A stretch of DNA of 32,000 bases from Telmatocola sphagniphila (GCF_018398935.1 NZ_CP074694.1:2250001-2282000), one strand, 5' to 3'; positions 8,397 through 17,523 are shown, numbered from the stretch's first letter. Notes: generated from the letters alone by a model not told the origin. Made by a program: numbers and translations.

Positions 8397-9458
8397 TCAC
8401 TTGCGATTAAAGTCAAGAACAACCCGTGAAGGAACATCGCCTCGTTCCAGACGCTCCAAGACTTGATTGATCGCCGAGAGTGGTTGCAATTCGGTATCAG
8501 CCTTGACTTTGCCATCAACCGCGAAGGCCAGCGCTTCCGCCATATCCTGACGAGTTCCCACAAAGGACCCTCGAATAGTGATGCAGTTGGCTACGACGTC
8601 AAATAGCGGCGTTGGGAATTCTCCCGGCGGGAGACCAACTAACACGCAGGTACCCCACTTGCGAGTCATTCCCACGCCTTGGGTGAATGCAGGCAATGAC
8701 GGTGCTGTGATGAGAACGCCGTTTGCGCCGCCTCCGGTTACTTTTTTCACCGCCTCCACGGGGTCGCGATGTTTAGCGTTCACCCCTTCATCTGCACCTA
8801 ATCGTTTGGCGTGCTCTAACTTACCATCATCAATATCCACCGCGCATACCTTAAGACCCATTGCCTTGGCGTACTGGACTCCCAGATGGCCCAGTCCGCC
8901 AATGCCGGAGATGACAATCCATTCCCCGGGCCGCGATTGGGTTTCTTTGATGCCCTTGTAAGAGGTGATCCCAGCACAGATCAGCGGGGCTGCGTCGCGT
9001 GCTGTCAGACCAACCGGAATGTGAGCTACGTAGTCAGGATCCGCGACAAGGTATTCGGCAAAGCCCCCGTTGCGAGTGTAGCCACCGAACAGCGCTTGAC
9101 CACAAACCGTCTCTCTCGCTGAAAGACAATACTCACAGTGTCCGCAGGCCGAATACAGCCAAGGTACGCCGACACGATCTCCTACCTTCACATTAATCAC
9201 ACCAGCACCGATCTCTGTGAGGATGCCGATAGCTTCATGTCCAGGAATGAACGGCAGCGCGGGCTTAAGGGGCCAGTCGCCATTTCTTGCATGCAAGTCG
9301 GTGTGGCAGACACCACACGTCTCAGTCTTGACTAGCACATAGCCTGGTCCAGGTCTAGGAATGTCCACTTCCTGGATCACAAGGGGTTTGCCAAATTGCT
9401 CTACCACGGCCGCTCGCATCTTGTTCGACATGTTTGAACTTTCTTCGTTGGAGTTCAT
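8397..9458 (-). CDS. Zinc-dependent alcohol dehydrogenase (AdhP-like, MDR superfamily)
   Basis: Catalytic Zn motif GVCHTDLH and GHEAIG, structural Zn CGHCEYCLSARETVC, and NAD fold ISGIGGLGHLGVQYAKAMG. Alternative starts are at 9431 and 9419 (MRAAVVEQFGKPL). Confidence 0.9.
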   Translation of the reverse strand: MNSNEESSNMSNKMRAAVVEQFGKPLVIQEVDIPRPGPGYVLVKTETCGVCHTDLHARNGDWPLKPALPFIPGHEAIGILTEIGAGVINVKVGDRVGVPWLYSACGHCEYCLSARETVCGQALFGGYTRNGGFAEYLVADPDYVAHIPVGLTARDAAPLICAGITSYKGIKETQSRPGEWIVISGIGGLGHLGVQYAKAMGLKVCAVDIDDGKLEHAKRLGADEGVNAKHRDPVEAVKKVTGGGANGVLITAPSLPAFTQGVGMTRKWGTCVLVGLPPGEFPTPLFDVVANCITIRGSFVGTRQDMAEALAFAVDGKVKADTELQPLSAINQVLERLERGDVPSRVVLDFNRK

Positions 9459-9536
9459 TCGGAGTTCTTGAATTCCAAGGAGTGCATAACCGCCTCGCGT
9501 TCCCTTGGTAGCGGGCGCCGATAGCCCCCTCTGTAC

Positions 9537-10391
9537 TTACATTTCCGTCGGAAAATCGGCCCCCCGAGAAACCGTTTCCCAAGCCACGAATTCTTTTCGC
9601 AATTCTTCGAGCTTCAGCATGGCCCCGTTGTAAGCATCATTTCCAAGCAATAAATGATGCGGTGGATTTGGAGATTCGACGGCCTTAACAATCGCATGTG
9701 CAGCACGAATCGGATCGCCCGGCTGTTTACCCGATAGGGCGCGAACCTTGGCCCTCCACTTACCCGCGGTCGCAGCGTAATCTTCAATTTGCCGCTTACT
9801 TTCACTTGCCGACCTTCCCGCCCAATCGGTGCGGAAGCCACTAGGCTCGACAAGCATCACCTTGATTCCGAGCGGCTCGACTTCCTGCCAGAGCGATTCG
9901 GACAAACCTTCAACAGCAAATTTCGTCGCGTTGTAGTAGCCAACCGACGGGAAGGAGCGAAGGCCTCCGATAGAAGAGAAATTGACGATGAAGCCTTTGC
10001 GAAGTTTACGCATCCGGGGCAGAACCGCGTGAATCATTCGGCTCAACCCGAATACGTTAATCTCGAACATTCGACGTACTTGATCTTCCTCGCTCTCTTC
10101 AATGGCTGCGAAATAGCCTATGCCGGCGTTGTTGACGAGTACATCGATGCTACCAAACTTCTCCTCGGCCGCTTTAATTGCGGCGTCGATCTCACTTTGA
10201 TCGGTGACGTCGAGCTTGAGTGACAACGCTCCTTTCTTGGCTGCCAAGTCCTTTACTTCATTAGGATTGCGTGCAGTTACAGCGGTACCGTAGCCGAGCT
10301 CCAGCACATATTGCGCGAGGTCGCGACCGAACCCGCTCGAGCAACCTGTGATAAACCAAACGGGTTTTTCGTTGCCATTTGTATGCGACAT
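9537..10391 (-). CDS. SDR-family oxidoreductase (short-chain dehydrogenase/reductase)
   Basis: TGCSSGFG (TGxxxGxG), NNAG, and the catalytic YYNATK (YxxxK); 284 aa. Confidence 0.9.
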   Translation of the reverse strand: MSHTNGNEKPVWFITGCSSGFGRDLAQYVLELGYGTAVTARNPNEVKDLAAKKGALSLKLDVTDQSEIDAAIKAAEEKFGSIDVLVNNAGIGYFAAIEESEEDQVRRMFEINVFGLSRMIHAVLPRMRKLRKGFIVNFSSIGGLRSFPSVGYYNATKFAVEGLSESLWQEVEPLGIKVMLVEPSGFRTDWAGRSASESKRQIEDYAATAGKWRAKVRALSGKQPGDPIRAAHAIVKAVESPNPPHHLLLGNDAYNGAMLKLEELRKEFVAWETVSRGADFPTEM

Positions 10392-10428
10392 TGTCGAACC
10401 TCCTTGGGTATCATGTCTTCAATCTCCG

Positions 10429-10613
10429 CTACACCGGAGAATCTATCGAATCGACTCGAATGAGCTTTTTGTTGACGAATTCCTGAATTCCCTGGCTGGA
10501 CAGCTCGCGCCCGTAGCAGCGAGTTCGAGAACCGTCTCAAGTTGCTTGTCTGTAAGTTCCGAGAACGAAGTCAGAGTTTTATGGTTGTAAGGGTTGATGC
10601 TCTGGTATGCCAT
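10429..10613 (-). pseudogene. Aldehyde dehydrogenase relic: N-terminal 34 codons joined out of frame to the last 28 codons (large internal deletion)
   Basis: The head from ATG 10613 reads MAYQSINPYNHKTLTSFSELTDKQLETVLELAAT (typical NAD(P)-ALDH/SSADH N-terminus). From 10515, in the +1 frame, the tail reads YGRELSSQGIQEFVNKKLIRVDSIDSPV*, the typical ALDH C-terminus (SGYGRELS..GI.EFVN.K). The junction is at about 10512-10516 and the tail stop is 38 nt upstream of the SDR start. Confidence 0.7.
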
Positions 10614-10764
10614 TTCAAATTCCTAATTGTCTTTTTCAAGAAATGTTGAGTAGATCAAAGACAAAATTGATCGCTTTCGTGAAGCTTACTCAGTCGGCGA
10701 AAACTGCTGTAGTCCTCGGCGTACCTTCAGTTAGGATGGAAACAGTTGCATGGTGCGGACAAGG

Positions 10765-11232
10765 CTACGCGATATGGATCTCGGGTTGAGTCGCGTCAGC
10801 ATCGCGGCGTGCAACAGCTGCCTCCAGGATCGCCGCCCCGGCCTCGTCCACTGCAATCCCGGCGAAGATGATCGCATCTGCCGCATAGGATTCTGCCCGA
10901 TTCGAACGAGCCGACAATTTCTTGGTTTCCTGCTTAGCCTTCCAATCGCCGATTTCCTCCTGGGTCTCGGCTACCTTCATCGCTGCCCAGGCCTTTATGC
11001 CATTACGAGTCTGCTCGGCTTTTACCACTTGACCATCAACCTTGCGGTGAGCGGCGGCGAGCTCTTCGAACAATACTTTTTCTGCTTTCCCCGGCAGGGT
11101 GCGGATATTCGCTTTGATGGCTTGGAGCCGAACTTCGACGGCCTCAAGTCCATCTCGTAGGCGGTTACAAAATTGATCAATATTCGCACTCATTGGCTTC
11201 TCATTAAGGGTTTCATCGGAAAGTCGTACCAT
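10765..11232 (-). CDS. Hypothetical helical protein
   Basis: 155-aa ORF. The likelier start is ATG 11193 (MSANIDQFCNRLRDGLEAVEVRLQAIKANI). It looks alpha-helical/coiled-coil, and I cannot name a family. Confidence 0.5.
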   Translation of the reverse strand: MVRLSDETLNEKPMSANIDQFCNRLRDGLEAVEVRLQAIKANIRTLPGKAEKVLFEELAAAHRKVDGQVVKAEQTRNGIKAWAAMKVAETQEEIGDWKAKQETKKLSARSNRAESYAADAIIFAGIAVDEAGAAILEAAVARRDADATQPEIHIA

Positions 11233-11675
11233 CTGGTTAGCAATCTGGTTGTCGACCAGTCTGAGAGATGCGGGAATCTAATTCTTACTGCTCGGGATCA
11301 TAGTGAAACCTGGATTCGATTGCCACAATTGACGGACGACTTTACCAAGCTATCCTTCTCGATCGGGTTGCGGTTCGCCAGTCTACGGGCTCAACTCTGC
11401 AGCTTCGCTATTCGTTAAGTTGTCGTTGGCACTCGCGTCCTTGGCACAAAAACTATGCATTGTTGCTTGCTCTGGACTCATTTTGTAAACAACTTTTCGT
11501 TCGGGAAACAACTGAACCGTTGTTTTTCGTTCGCTCTGGTCCGTTTTCGAAGATTTCCTCTGCATAGCACTAATTTTTTTGGAAGAGATACCTTGGCGAT
11601 TAAGTGAACGCATCATCGGTTTCCACTGCCATTCGTCGGGGAGTATTCCCTTACTCCCCATTTCATTTCTGGGGA

Positions 11676-12239
11676 CTAATTCCCCTTCGGCGGAGTGGCG
11701 GTTGGCGACTTGTCACATCTCTTCATCTTCGTAATTTCGTTTTCGCACTCTACAATCATCACGTTATCGCCCGAAGTGAAAATCTCGGCGTTCGCCACTT
11801 TGCCCGTGCTGTCCATATACTCGATATCCTCCGCGAGTTTGAACGTCTTTTCGACGTCTTTTCCCTCGGCCTTCATCTTGACCGTCGCGGTGTGCTTCTT
11901 TGTGTCAATTTTGGAGATCTTGGCTTCCTTGTCATTCTTTTTCAGCTTTGTGATCTGGCCATCGCTCTCGACCAGGAACACCATGTCACCCGCTGTGAAG
12001 ATATCGATGTTTGCGACCTTTCCGGTGTTGTCCAGGTACTCGATCTCCTCAGCGAGTTTGATAGTCTTCTCAACATCTTTGTCGGCTGCCTTCAGTTTGA
12101 CTGTGGCAGTTTTCGCCTTAGGATCCACCTTGATGATTTTGGCTTCTTTGGCCTTCGGGTCGGTTTTGTCCTGATCGGCGACCGCAAGGCTCATGAATCC
12201 GACCAGAGCCAACAGGGTAAAGATCATCGTTCGCATCAT
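11676..12239 (-). CDS. Secreted K/E/D-rich protein made of two tandem 73-aa repeats
   Basis: ATG at 12239 with GGAG 8 nt upstream, and a signal-like N-terminus MMRTMIFTLLALVGFMSLAVA. Two modules follow (aa 31-103 and 104-176). The 229-aa + ORF 11604..12293 is an antisense shadow. Confidence 0.65.
   Translation of the reverse strand: MMRTMIFTLLALVGFMSLAVADQDKTDPKAKEAKIIKVDPKAKTATVKLKAADKDVEKTIKLAEEIEYLDNTGKVANIDIFTAGDMVFLVESDGQITKLKKNDKEAKISKIDTKKHTATVKMKAEGKDVEKTFKLAEDIEYMDSTGKVANAEIFTSGDNVMIVECENEITKMKRCDKSPTATPPKGN
11712..12149 (-). repeat. Intragenic tandem duplication, 2 x 219 bp (11931-12149 and 11712-11930)
   Basis: By hand alignment, 48 of 73 residues are identical between KEAKIIKVDPKAKTATVKLKAADKDVEKTIKLAEEIEYLDNTGKVANIDIFTAGDMVFLVESDGQITKLKKND and KEAKISKIDTKKHTATVKMKAEGKDVEKTFKLAEDIEYMDSTGKVANAEIFTSGDNVMIVECENEITKMKRCD. 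Confidence 0.8.
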
Positions 12240-13146
12240 CTCAATCACTCCTTTTTTCGCTGCTTGAAACAGCAATGGATTAAGTCCGAGTAAAGTACCC
12301 GGTCCTTCAAGTCACCAACAAGTCTCGAAATATATCAGAGACCAATTTTCTATCATCTCGTCGCCTGAAGTGCATTTTCATAAACACTACAAGGCAGATT
12401 CGATGAAGACCGTTTTTTACGATCCTTGAATCGATAGCTTTTTATGAGTCTGCTGTCATGCCACAAATCCACTCTTAAATAGTGGTTTTTTCATACGCAT
12501 TCTTCTTGACAATCGCATCAATCTGACCACGAAATTCAGTCTTCAGCATACGACTAACTGTAACGAATCAGACTGCTATCAAGGGGTCACTAACATCTTC
12601 ACTGGTCATCGAGATAAGATTGAAGGGAGATCAAGCGAAGATCTGTGGGGAGAATTTGCAATGGGCTTGTAGGGGAAGTGCGATGCTATCCGATTACCAA
12701 CTTTTTACTTTTTAGATCTTTTAAAATTATCTTTCAGTTGCGAGTATTAAATGTTTTTTGATGAGCACTGCATCTTGTATTCACCTTTTAGGAAAAAGAG
12801 GTCTTAATGGACTGCCCACTAAAATGAAAGCTGAATCAAACTGCTAGGCCCCATCAGATTTTACTGAGACGATCGGTAGATTGCAGCTTGTGCTGTTTGA
12901 GAGGGATCGAGATTGGTCTGAACTCGCCAATCGAAGGCCGTTATGATGGTCTCTTCTTGGTCGTGCATTTCTCTCATTTATAGCGTGAATGAAATATAAC
13001 TTGCTTTTACTTCTTTTTAAATGAATACAGAATCGTCTGAAACAAGTACTCACAACGACTGTCACCAACAAATGTACCAAATTCAGAATAACGAGTCTTT
13101 GTTCAATCTAAATGATAATATTTTTTGGAATTCTTCCGATAGCGTT

Positions 13147-13685
13147 TCAATTCGACATAAGCGTACCTTCAGCGGTGACCGGCTCGGCAATGTACTGAAA
13201 AATGCCCAACCCGGTAGCCACCACCTGGCATTTTGGAAAGAACGACTTAACTCCTGTCTGGGAAACATGGGGACCGATTTTCCAGCGCAAACCGCCAACT
13301 TCGGCACTGCCTATTGCGTTGCAAGGCTCGGCATTCATGGTTCGCCAGGTTGTTCTACTCACCCGTTCCTTTTCCAGAGTTAACGAGATTCGTCCAGAGT
13401 TAACGAGATTCGGCCGCCATATTGGGTTACACCTTCGGCGGTTACTTCATCGACGAGCCATTTGCCCCAGGATTTCCAACGAACCAAGACTTTGGGAATT
13501 ATCAGTGTGAATTCTATTTTTGTGCCGTCTTCCAGAACGATCTCGTTGTCCGGACAAACAAGTTGCTGGCATTCCCGGATCCAGCACCGCCAAGTCGACA
13601 GCACCGCCATTGCCGGACAACGAATCAAGATATTACCTGTCATTTTAATTTCACCTGGGTTGTCTATACTGCAGCCCACTGCCAA
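13147..13685 (-). pseudogene. Unknown-function ORF (172 codons when repaired) split by a 20-bp tandem duplication
   Basis: ORFs 13380..13685 and 13147..13362 are the two halves. Deleting one copy of the 20-mer joins them in frame as ...GGRISLTLEKERVSRTTWRTMNAEP... With the duplication the frame shifts and hits TAA at 13380-13382. Confidence 0.55.
13373..13412. repeat. Perfect direct tandem duplication 2 x 20 bp (TCCAGAGTTAACGAGATTCG)
   Basis: Read directly: 13373-13392 equals 13393-13412. The flanking bases differ on both sides. Confidence 0.95.
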
Positions 13686-13714
13686 TAGTAAAATTTCGGT
13701 TGATTCACCCGCTT

Positions 13715-14386
13715 TTAAGCCACATGTTCTGAATTCTTCCCAATCAGTCGTACTAGGGTTCTACTTATCCAGTTTTGTCTCCTGTTCGGTGAAGGAGAAT
13801 CCGATTTCAGCTCGAAAGCATCTGGAACAGCTTCACGACCCGATACTGTGTCGATCCGAATTCTGTAATAGACGGAATGAAACGGTTCCCCCAAATTTCG
13901 GTTCGCGCGACTTGTCCAAATGCTGCACGCCGGTTCACCCCACATGGGGTCAAGCTTGAGTAAATCCCAAGCTCTTTTTCGCTTCTGGTTATTTGAACGG
14001 TCTAGACTATCATCGAGACACTTTTCGACGAAAATAGGTGGGATAGTCTCGCAGACTTGCAGAGGACGTTTAGGAGCTTGAAGAGGAGCGGTATCATCGG
14101 CCAAGACTTCCGGTAACTCTTCGAAGATTCCAAAAACGATCACAGTTATCCACTGGTCGTAGGATGTGATTTTTTCGACTTCGACGCAAACTTTAGGATT
14201 TTCGCGTAACCATTCTAATTTCTGGCCAGGGATTGTGAATCCACACAGCGAGTCAGACAATCCGTCAAATGCCAGATAAACTGGAACAACATAAGGTTGA
14301 TCTGCTTGTAAGCAAGCCAACCTGGCCAATCTGGTTCGAGCCAACATTTGAAGACACTCTTCCCGGCTCAGTTCTCGAATCTTCAT
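13715..14386 (-). CDS. Pyridoxamine 5'-phosphate oxidase-family (Pyridox_ox_2-like) putative FMN-binding protein with internal insertion and C-terminal tail
   Basis: MKIRELSREECLQMLARTRLARLACLQADQPYVVPVYLAFDG...ENPKVCVEVEKITSYDQWITVIVFGIFEEL...VYYRIRIDTVSGRE follows the PNPOx-like split-barrel pattern. The start ATG shares one base with the stop of the upstream kinase gene. Confidence 0.7.
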   Translation of the reverse strand: MKIRELSREECLQMLARTRLARLACLQADQPYVVPVYLAFDGLSDSLCGFTIPGQKLEWLRENPKVCVEVEKITSYDQWITVIVFGIFEELPEVLADDTAPLQAPKRPLQVCETIPPIFVEKCLDDSLDRSNNQKRKRAWDLLKLDPMWGEPACSIWTSRANRNLGEPFHSVYYRIRIDTVSGREAVPDAFELKSDSPSPNRRQNWISRTLVRLIGKNSEHVA

Positions 14387-15783
14387 TAATCAACTCCTCG
14401 GAGACCTTCTTGTGAGCATTGCATGTTCGGATCGAATGAGATCGCCAAAGGCAATCGGACGAGAAACTCACTTCCGCGTCCGCGCCCTTCGCTGGAAGCC
14501 ACTACTGATCCGCCATGGAGACTAACGAGTTGATGGACCAGCGACAAGCCAATCCCGAGCCCTCCTTCGGAACGCTTAATGGCATCGTAGCCCTGAGTAA
14601 ATAATTCGAAAATGTGAGGGAGCATCGCCACGTCGATTCCGATCCCGTGGTCTTGGACTCGAATAACCGCGTCTCCAGATTCCACGGTTGCGGTGAACCT
14701 AATCTGATCCCCTTCATCGCTATACTTGGAGGAATTGCTCAATAGGTTAGTGAAGATCTGAATTAATCGAGTCGGATCAGCCAGCAAGCAGATAGGTTGA
14801 ATCTGAAACGAGATCGCCACTTCCTGCTTGCGTGAAAGAAATTGAGGTTGGCAGATTTCCATGGATCTTTGAACAATTTCACACAAATCAACAATTACTT
14901 TATCGATATGCAACTTTCCATGGATAATTCGGGATGCGTCCGAAAGATCATCTATAAGATGAGCCATGTATACTGTCTGACGATCTATGATATCTCGGGC
15001 ATGCTCTGCTGTGGAGAGGGGCAAGCCATCCTGCTTCAAAACTTGTATCGCATACCGAATACTAGCGAGCGGGTTGCGTAATTCGTGGGCCAGCATTCCC
15101 AGGAACTCATCTTTATGCTGTGAAGGCTCTTGAAGTTCTCCTGTACTCATCCGTAAATCTACTTCTACTCGATTTTGATCTGTAATATCTTGAATCAAAC
15201 TCGCACCAATAAATCCATTTTCAATAAATCTTTTCCTAAAACTGATCTGGATGGGATCCTTACGTAATCTGCGCAACTCCCAAGCTTCACTCATTGCTCT
15301 TGTGGAGGATTTTTCAAAAAACACTATTTGCTGGCGAACGAATCTACTTCTGAATGGCTCAGGCATCAAAAGCTCAAATTCGGGGCTCAGCAATTCTTCA
15401 CCGGAATAGCCAAAAAGTCGCTGCATTTGGGGTTCTATGCAAACAATATGGGGATCTCGATCTATAATCACCACGGCATCCGTGGCTGTTTGCAACAATC
15501 CGTTAAAATCTTCAGAAACGAATATTTTGGGGTAAAAGAGTAATTCCTCAACCACTTGAGTTTTCGCCGAGGGCGAGATCGGAAGGTTTCCGACGCAAAT
15601 AGGACTCTCTTCAGAACTTATCAAATTTAGTTGATTCACCTCAACCTTCGGGAGTTTTACGAAATCTGTTATTGAAACCAATCCTTGGCGAAGTTCTATT
15701 TCGGAAGTGAGCGAAGAGTACATTTTCAGATATGGTTTTATGTTTTTCATTAGCATTACTCCGTTATTGCATATGAGATCCAT
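14386..15783 (-). CDS. Cytoplasmic PAS-domain sensor histidine kinase (no cognate response regulator in the window)
   Basis: PAS-like LLQTATDAVVIIDRDPHIVCIEPQMQRLFGYSGEELL, H box FLGMLAHELRNPLASI, N box NLLSNSSKYS, G1 VQDHGIGI, and G2 GGLGIGLSLV. No TM segments are evident. Confidence 0.85.
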   Translation of the reverse strand: MDLICNNGVMLMKNIKPYLKMYSSLTSEIELRQGLVSITDFVKLPKVEVNQLNLISSEESPICVGNLPISPSAKTQVVEELLFYPKIFVSEDFNGLLQTATDAVVIIDRDPHIVCIEPQMQRLFGYSGEELLSPEFELLMPEPFRSRFVRQQIVFFEKSSTRAMSEAWELRRLRKDPIQISFRKRFIENGFIGASLIQDITDQNRVEVDLRMSTGELQEPSQHKDEFLGMLAHELRNPLASIRYAIQVLKQDGLPLSTAEHARDIIDRQTVYMAHLIDDLSDASRIIHGKLHIDKVIVDLCEIVQRSMEICQPQFLSRKQEVAISFQIQPICLLADPTRLIQIFTNLLSNSSKYSDEGDQIRFTATVESGDAVIRVQDHGIGIDVAMLPHIFELFTQGYDAIKRSEGGLGIGLSLVHQLVSLHGGSVVASSEGRGRGSEFLVRLPLAISFDPNMQCSQEGLRGVD

Positions 15784-17056
15784 TGATTTAATCGCACCAC
15801 GGTCAAAACAAACAGGATCGAACTATGAACTGAACTAGGAGTTCAGACCACTAAAGTTCGAAAAACGACATCCCGGGATTCGCAATAATTCCTAGGAAAG
15901 TAGCGAAATCTCCAAAAAATAGAGTTTGATGAGAATCGAGTGCACTTCGAAGCCACAAAATTATTCGAAGTGCGTCAGCCAGTTGTCCCATCAAGAATTC
16001 CACGTATAATCTAATAATAAACCCTGGCCTAAATATCCAATTCAATAATGTCTTATTGCATATAAAAGATCGTGACGTTACCGCATAAATAAATCTAACG
16101 AGCGCAGCGACCGAACTTAAATTTAACGTTCGCGAGAGAACAATACTCCTTCATATCAAATCACTTTCTTTCTATTACTTGTAAATTAGCATCATGATAA
16201 TCTAATACACCTTAAAAATATAGCTGTCGGGAGATGCGAACAATTTCTGTACGGTAAATCCCTACACGCGTTTGGGAGGATTCGAGTGCCACTGACTAAA
16301 CATTGCCGGCGGCAGGCTACAATAGGTCGCCGGAGATATCAAATCAACATCTGGCAAGCAGCGGAAGCCTGCCCAAAGTTCCTACACGACTGATGATCGC
16401 TTGCAGGAATCGTCCTTATCAGACGAGTTTTAATGAGGAATACTATGGCTGAGGCTGGGAGTATGCGCATCAGTCAGATGACGTTCAATGCCGACTTGGG
16501 GCTTCAATCGAAGATTGATGTTTTGAAAATTAATTTCTACTGCAAGGTTTATCGAAAGAAATGGATTGTTGTCTTCTTCCAGCATCTGGATCCTCGTCTT
16601 TACCGCTTGATTGCGAACTTTCGCATGCTGGGTTCGTAAGAGGGCGGCTCACCACCAATCGCCCATATCGAAACATCGGTGAGTCGCTGTTCGTTGAGGC
16701 ACTGACTGCCTCAACGGCATTTGCTATTGCCAAGTTGATGGGCTGAATGAATTTACAGATATACTAGTTGACAGAGACCTATAAGCAATCTGCATCCTTT
16801 GTGGATGAGGTCAACCAATTACAGTCACGTTTGGTTCGCTATCTCGAGAGATCCTTACCCAAGCAAGGTTTTTCCTGTCGGCTAGTCATTAGTTTTGCTT
16901 CTCCATTTTATCAATTTATCTTTCTGACAGATCGATGCTATTTCCAGATACTTTAGAGTAGTCGAGTGAGCCTATCACAAAGTTTTGGCTTCCCGAAGAA
17001 GTCACATGGTTTTTGTTTTGTTGCCGCTCGATTTAAATATCCGGCTTCGGGCGAGA

Positions 17057-17065
17057 TGGTAGAAT
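17057..17065 (+). promoter_or_regulatory. Candidate extended -10 element (TGgTAGAAT) upstream of hsp20
   Basis: TGGTAGAAT at 17057-17065 lies 57 nt upstream of ATG 17122, with no good -35. Promoter consensus in this lineage is unknown to me. Confidence 0.2.
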
Positions 17066-17121
17066 ACTATTCTTCCGGGCCGATTTTTCTTAGTTCGTTA
17101 TTTCATTAAGAAGGTGTATCA

Positions 17122-17523
17122 ATGTCGGAAAATCTTTTCAAACTTGCGCCCGAAACGATCGTCTATGCGGATGCGCAAACGCATAAGCTCGTAGTGGAAT
17201 TCACAATTCCCGGGGCACCAACCGAAACTATTGACGTAAAAGTCTTGAAGGATAGTATCCATCTGAAGGCACCTTCTCGGGACGTCGAGTATGTAGCAGC
17301 AGTTGCTTTAAGCTGGCCAGTTAAACCCGACAAAGCGGAAGCCCATTACGAGCAAGGGCTACTCCGCATTGAAGTCCCTTTCAAAGATCCGATGGAGGAT
17401 GCCGTCAAGGTCATTATTCAGACTGGGGCCGCAGAACCCAAGTCCAAAATTGGCACGACAGTAGTGGCACCGCCAGCAGTTGGACGAAGCACCGAAAAAA
17501 CACTAACTGGCAAAGCAGTTTAA
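17122..17523 (+). CDS. Hsp20/alpha-crystallin family small heat-shock protein
   Basis: Alpha-crystallin-like core KLVVEFTIPGAPTETIDVKVLKDSIHLKA...AEAHYEQGLLRIEVPFK, with RBS GAAGGTG 7 nt upstream. Confidence 0.85.
   Translation: MSENLFKLAPETIVYADAQTHKLVVEFTIPGAPTETIDVKVLKDSIHLKAPSRDVEYVAAVALSWPVKPDKAEAHYEQGLLRIEVPFKDPMEDAVKVIIQTGAAEPKSKIGTTVVAPPAVGRSTEKTLTGKAV

Noticed and set aside
11383-11661. 92-aa minus-strand ORF (MGSKGILPDEWQWKPMMRSLNRQGISSKKISAM...)
   Set aside because: It has no motif I can name, and it has low-complexity S/K-rich stretches and no obvious RBS. It could be a decayed HTH/transposase fragment, but I cannot support that.
11604-12293. 229-aa plus-strand ORF spanning the whole tandem-repeat gene
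   Set aside because: It is an antisense artefact of K/E/D-rich codons (AAG/GAA/GAC read as CTT/TTC/GTC). The minus-strand frame has an RBS, a signal peptide and a clean two-module repeat.
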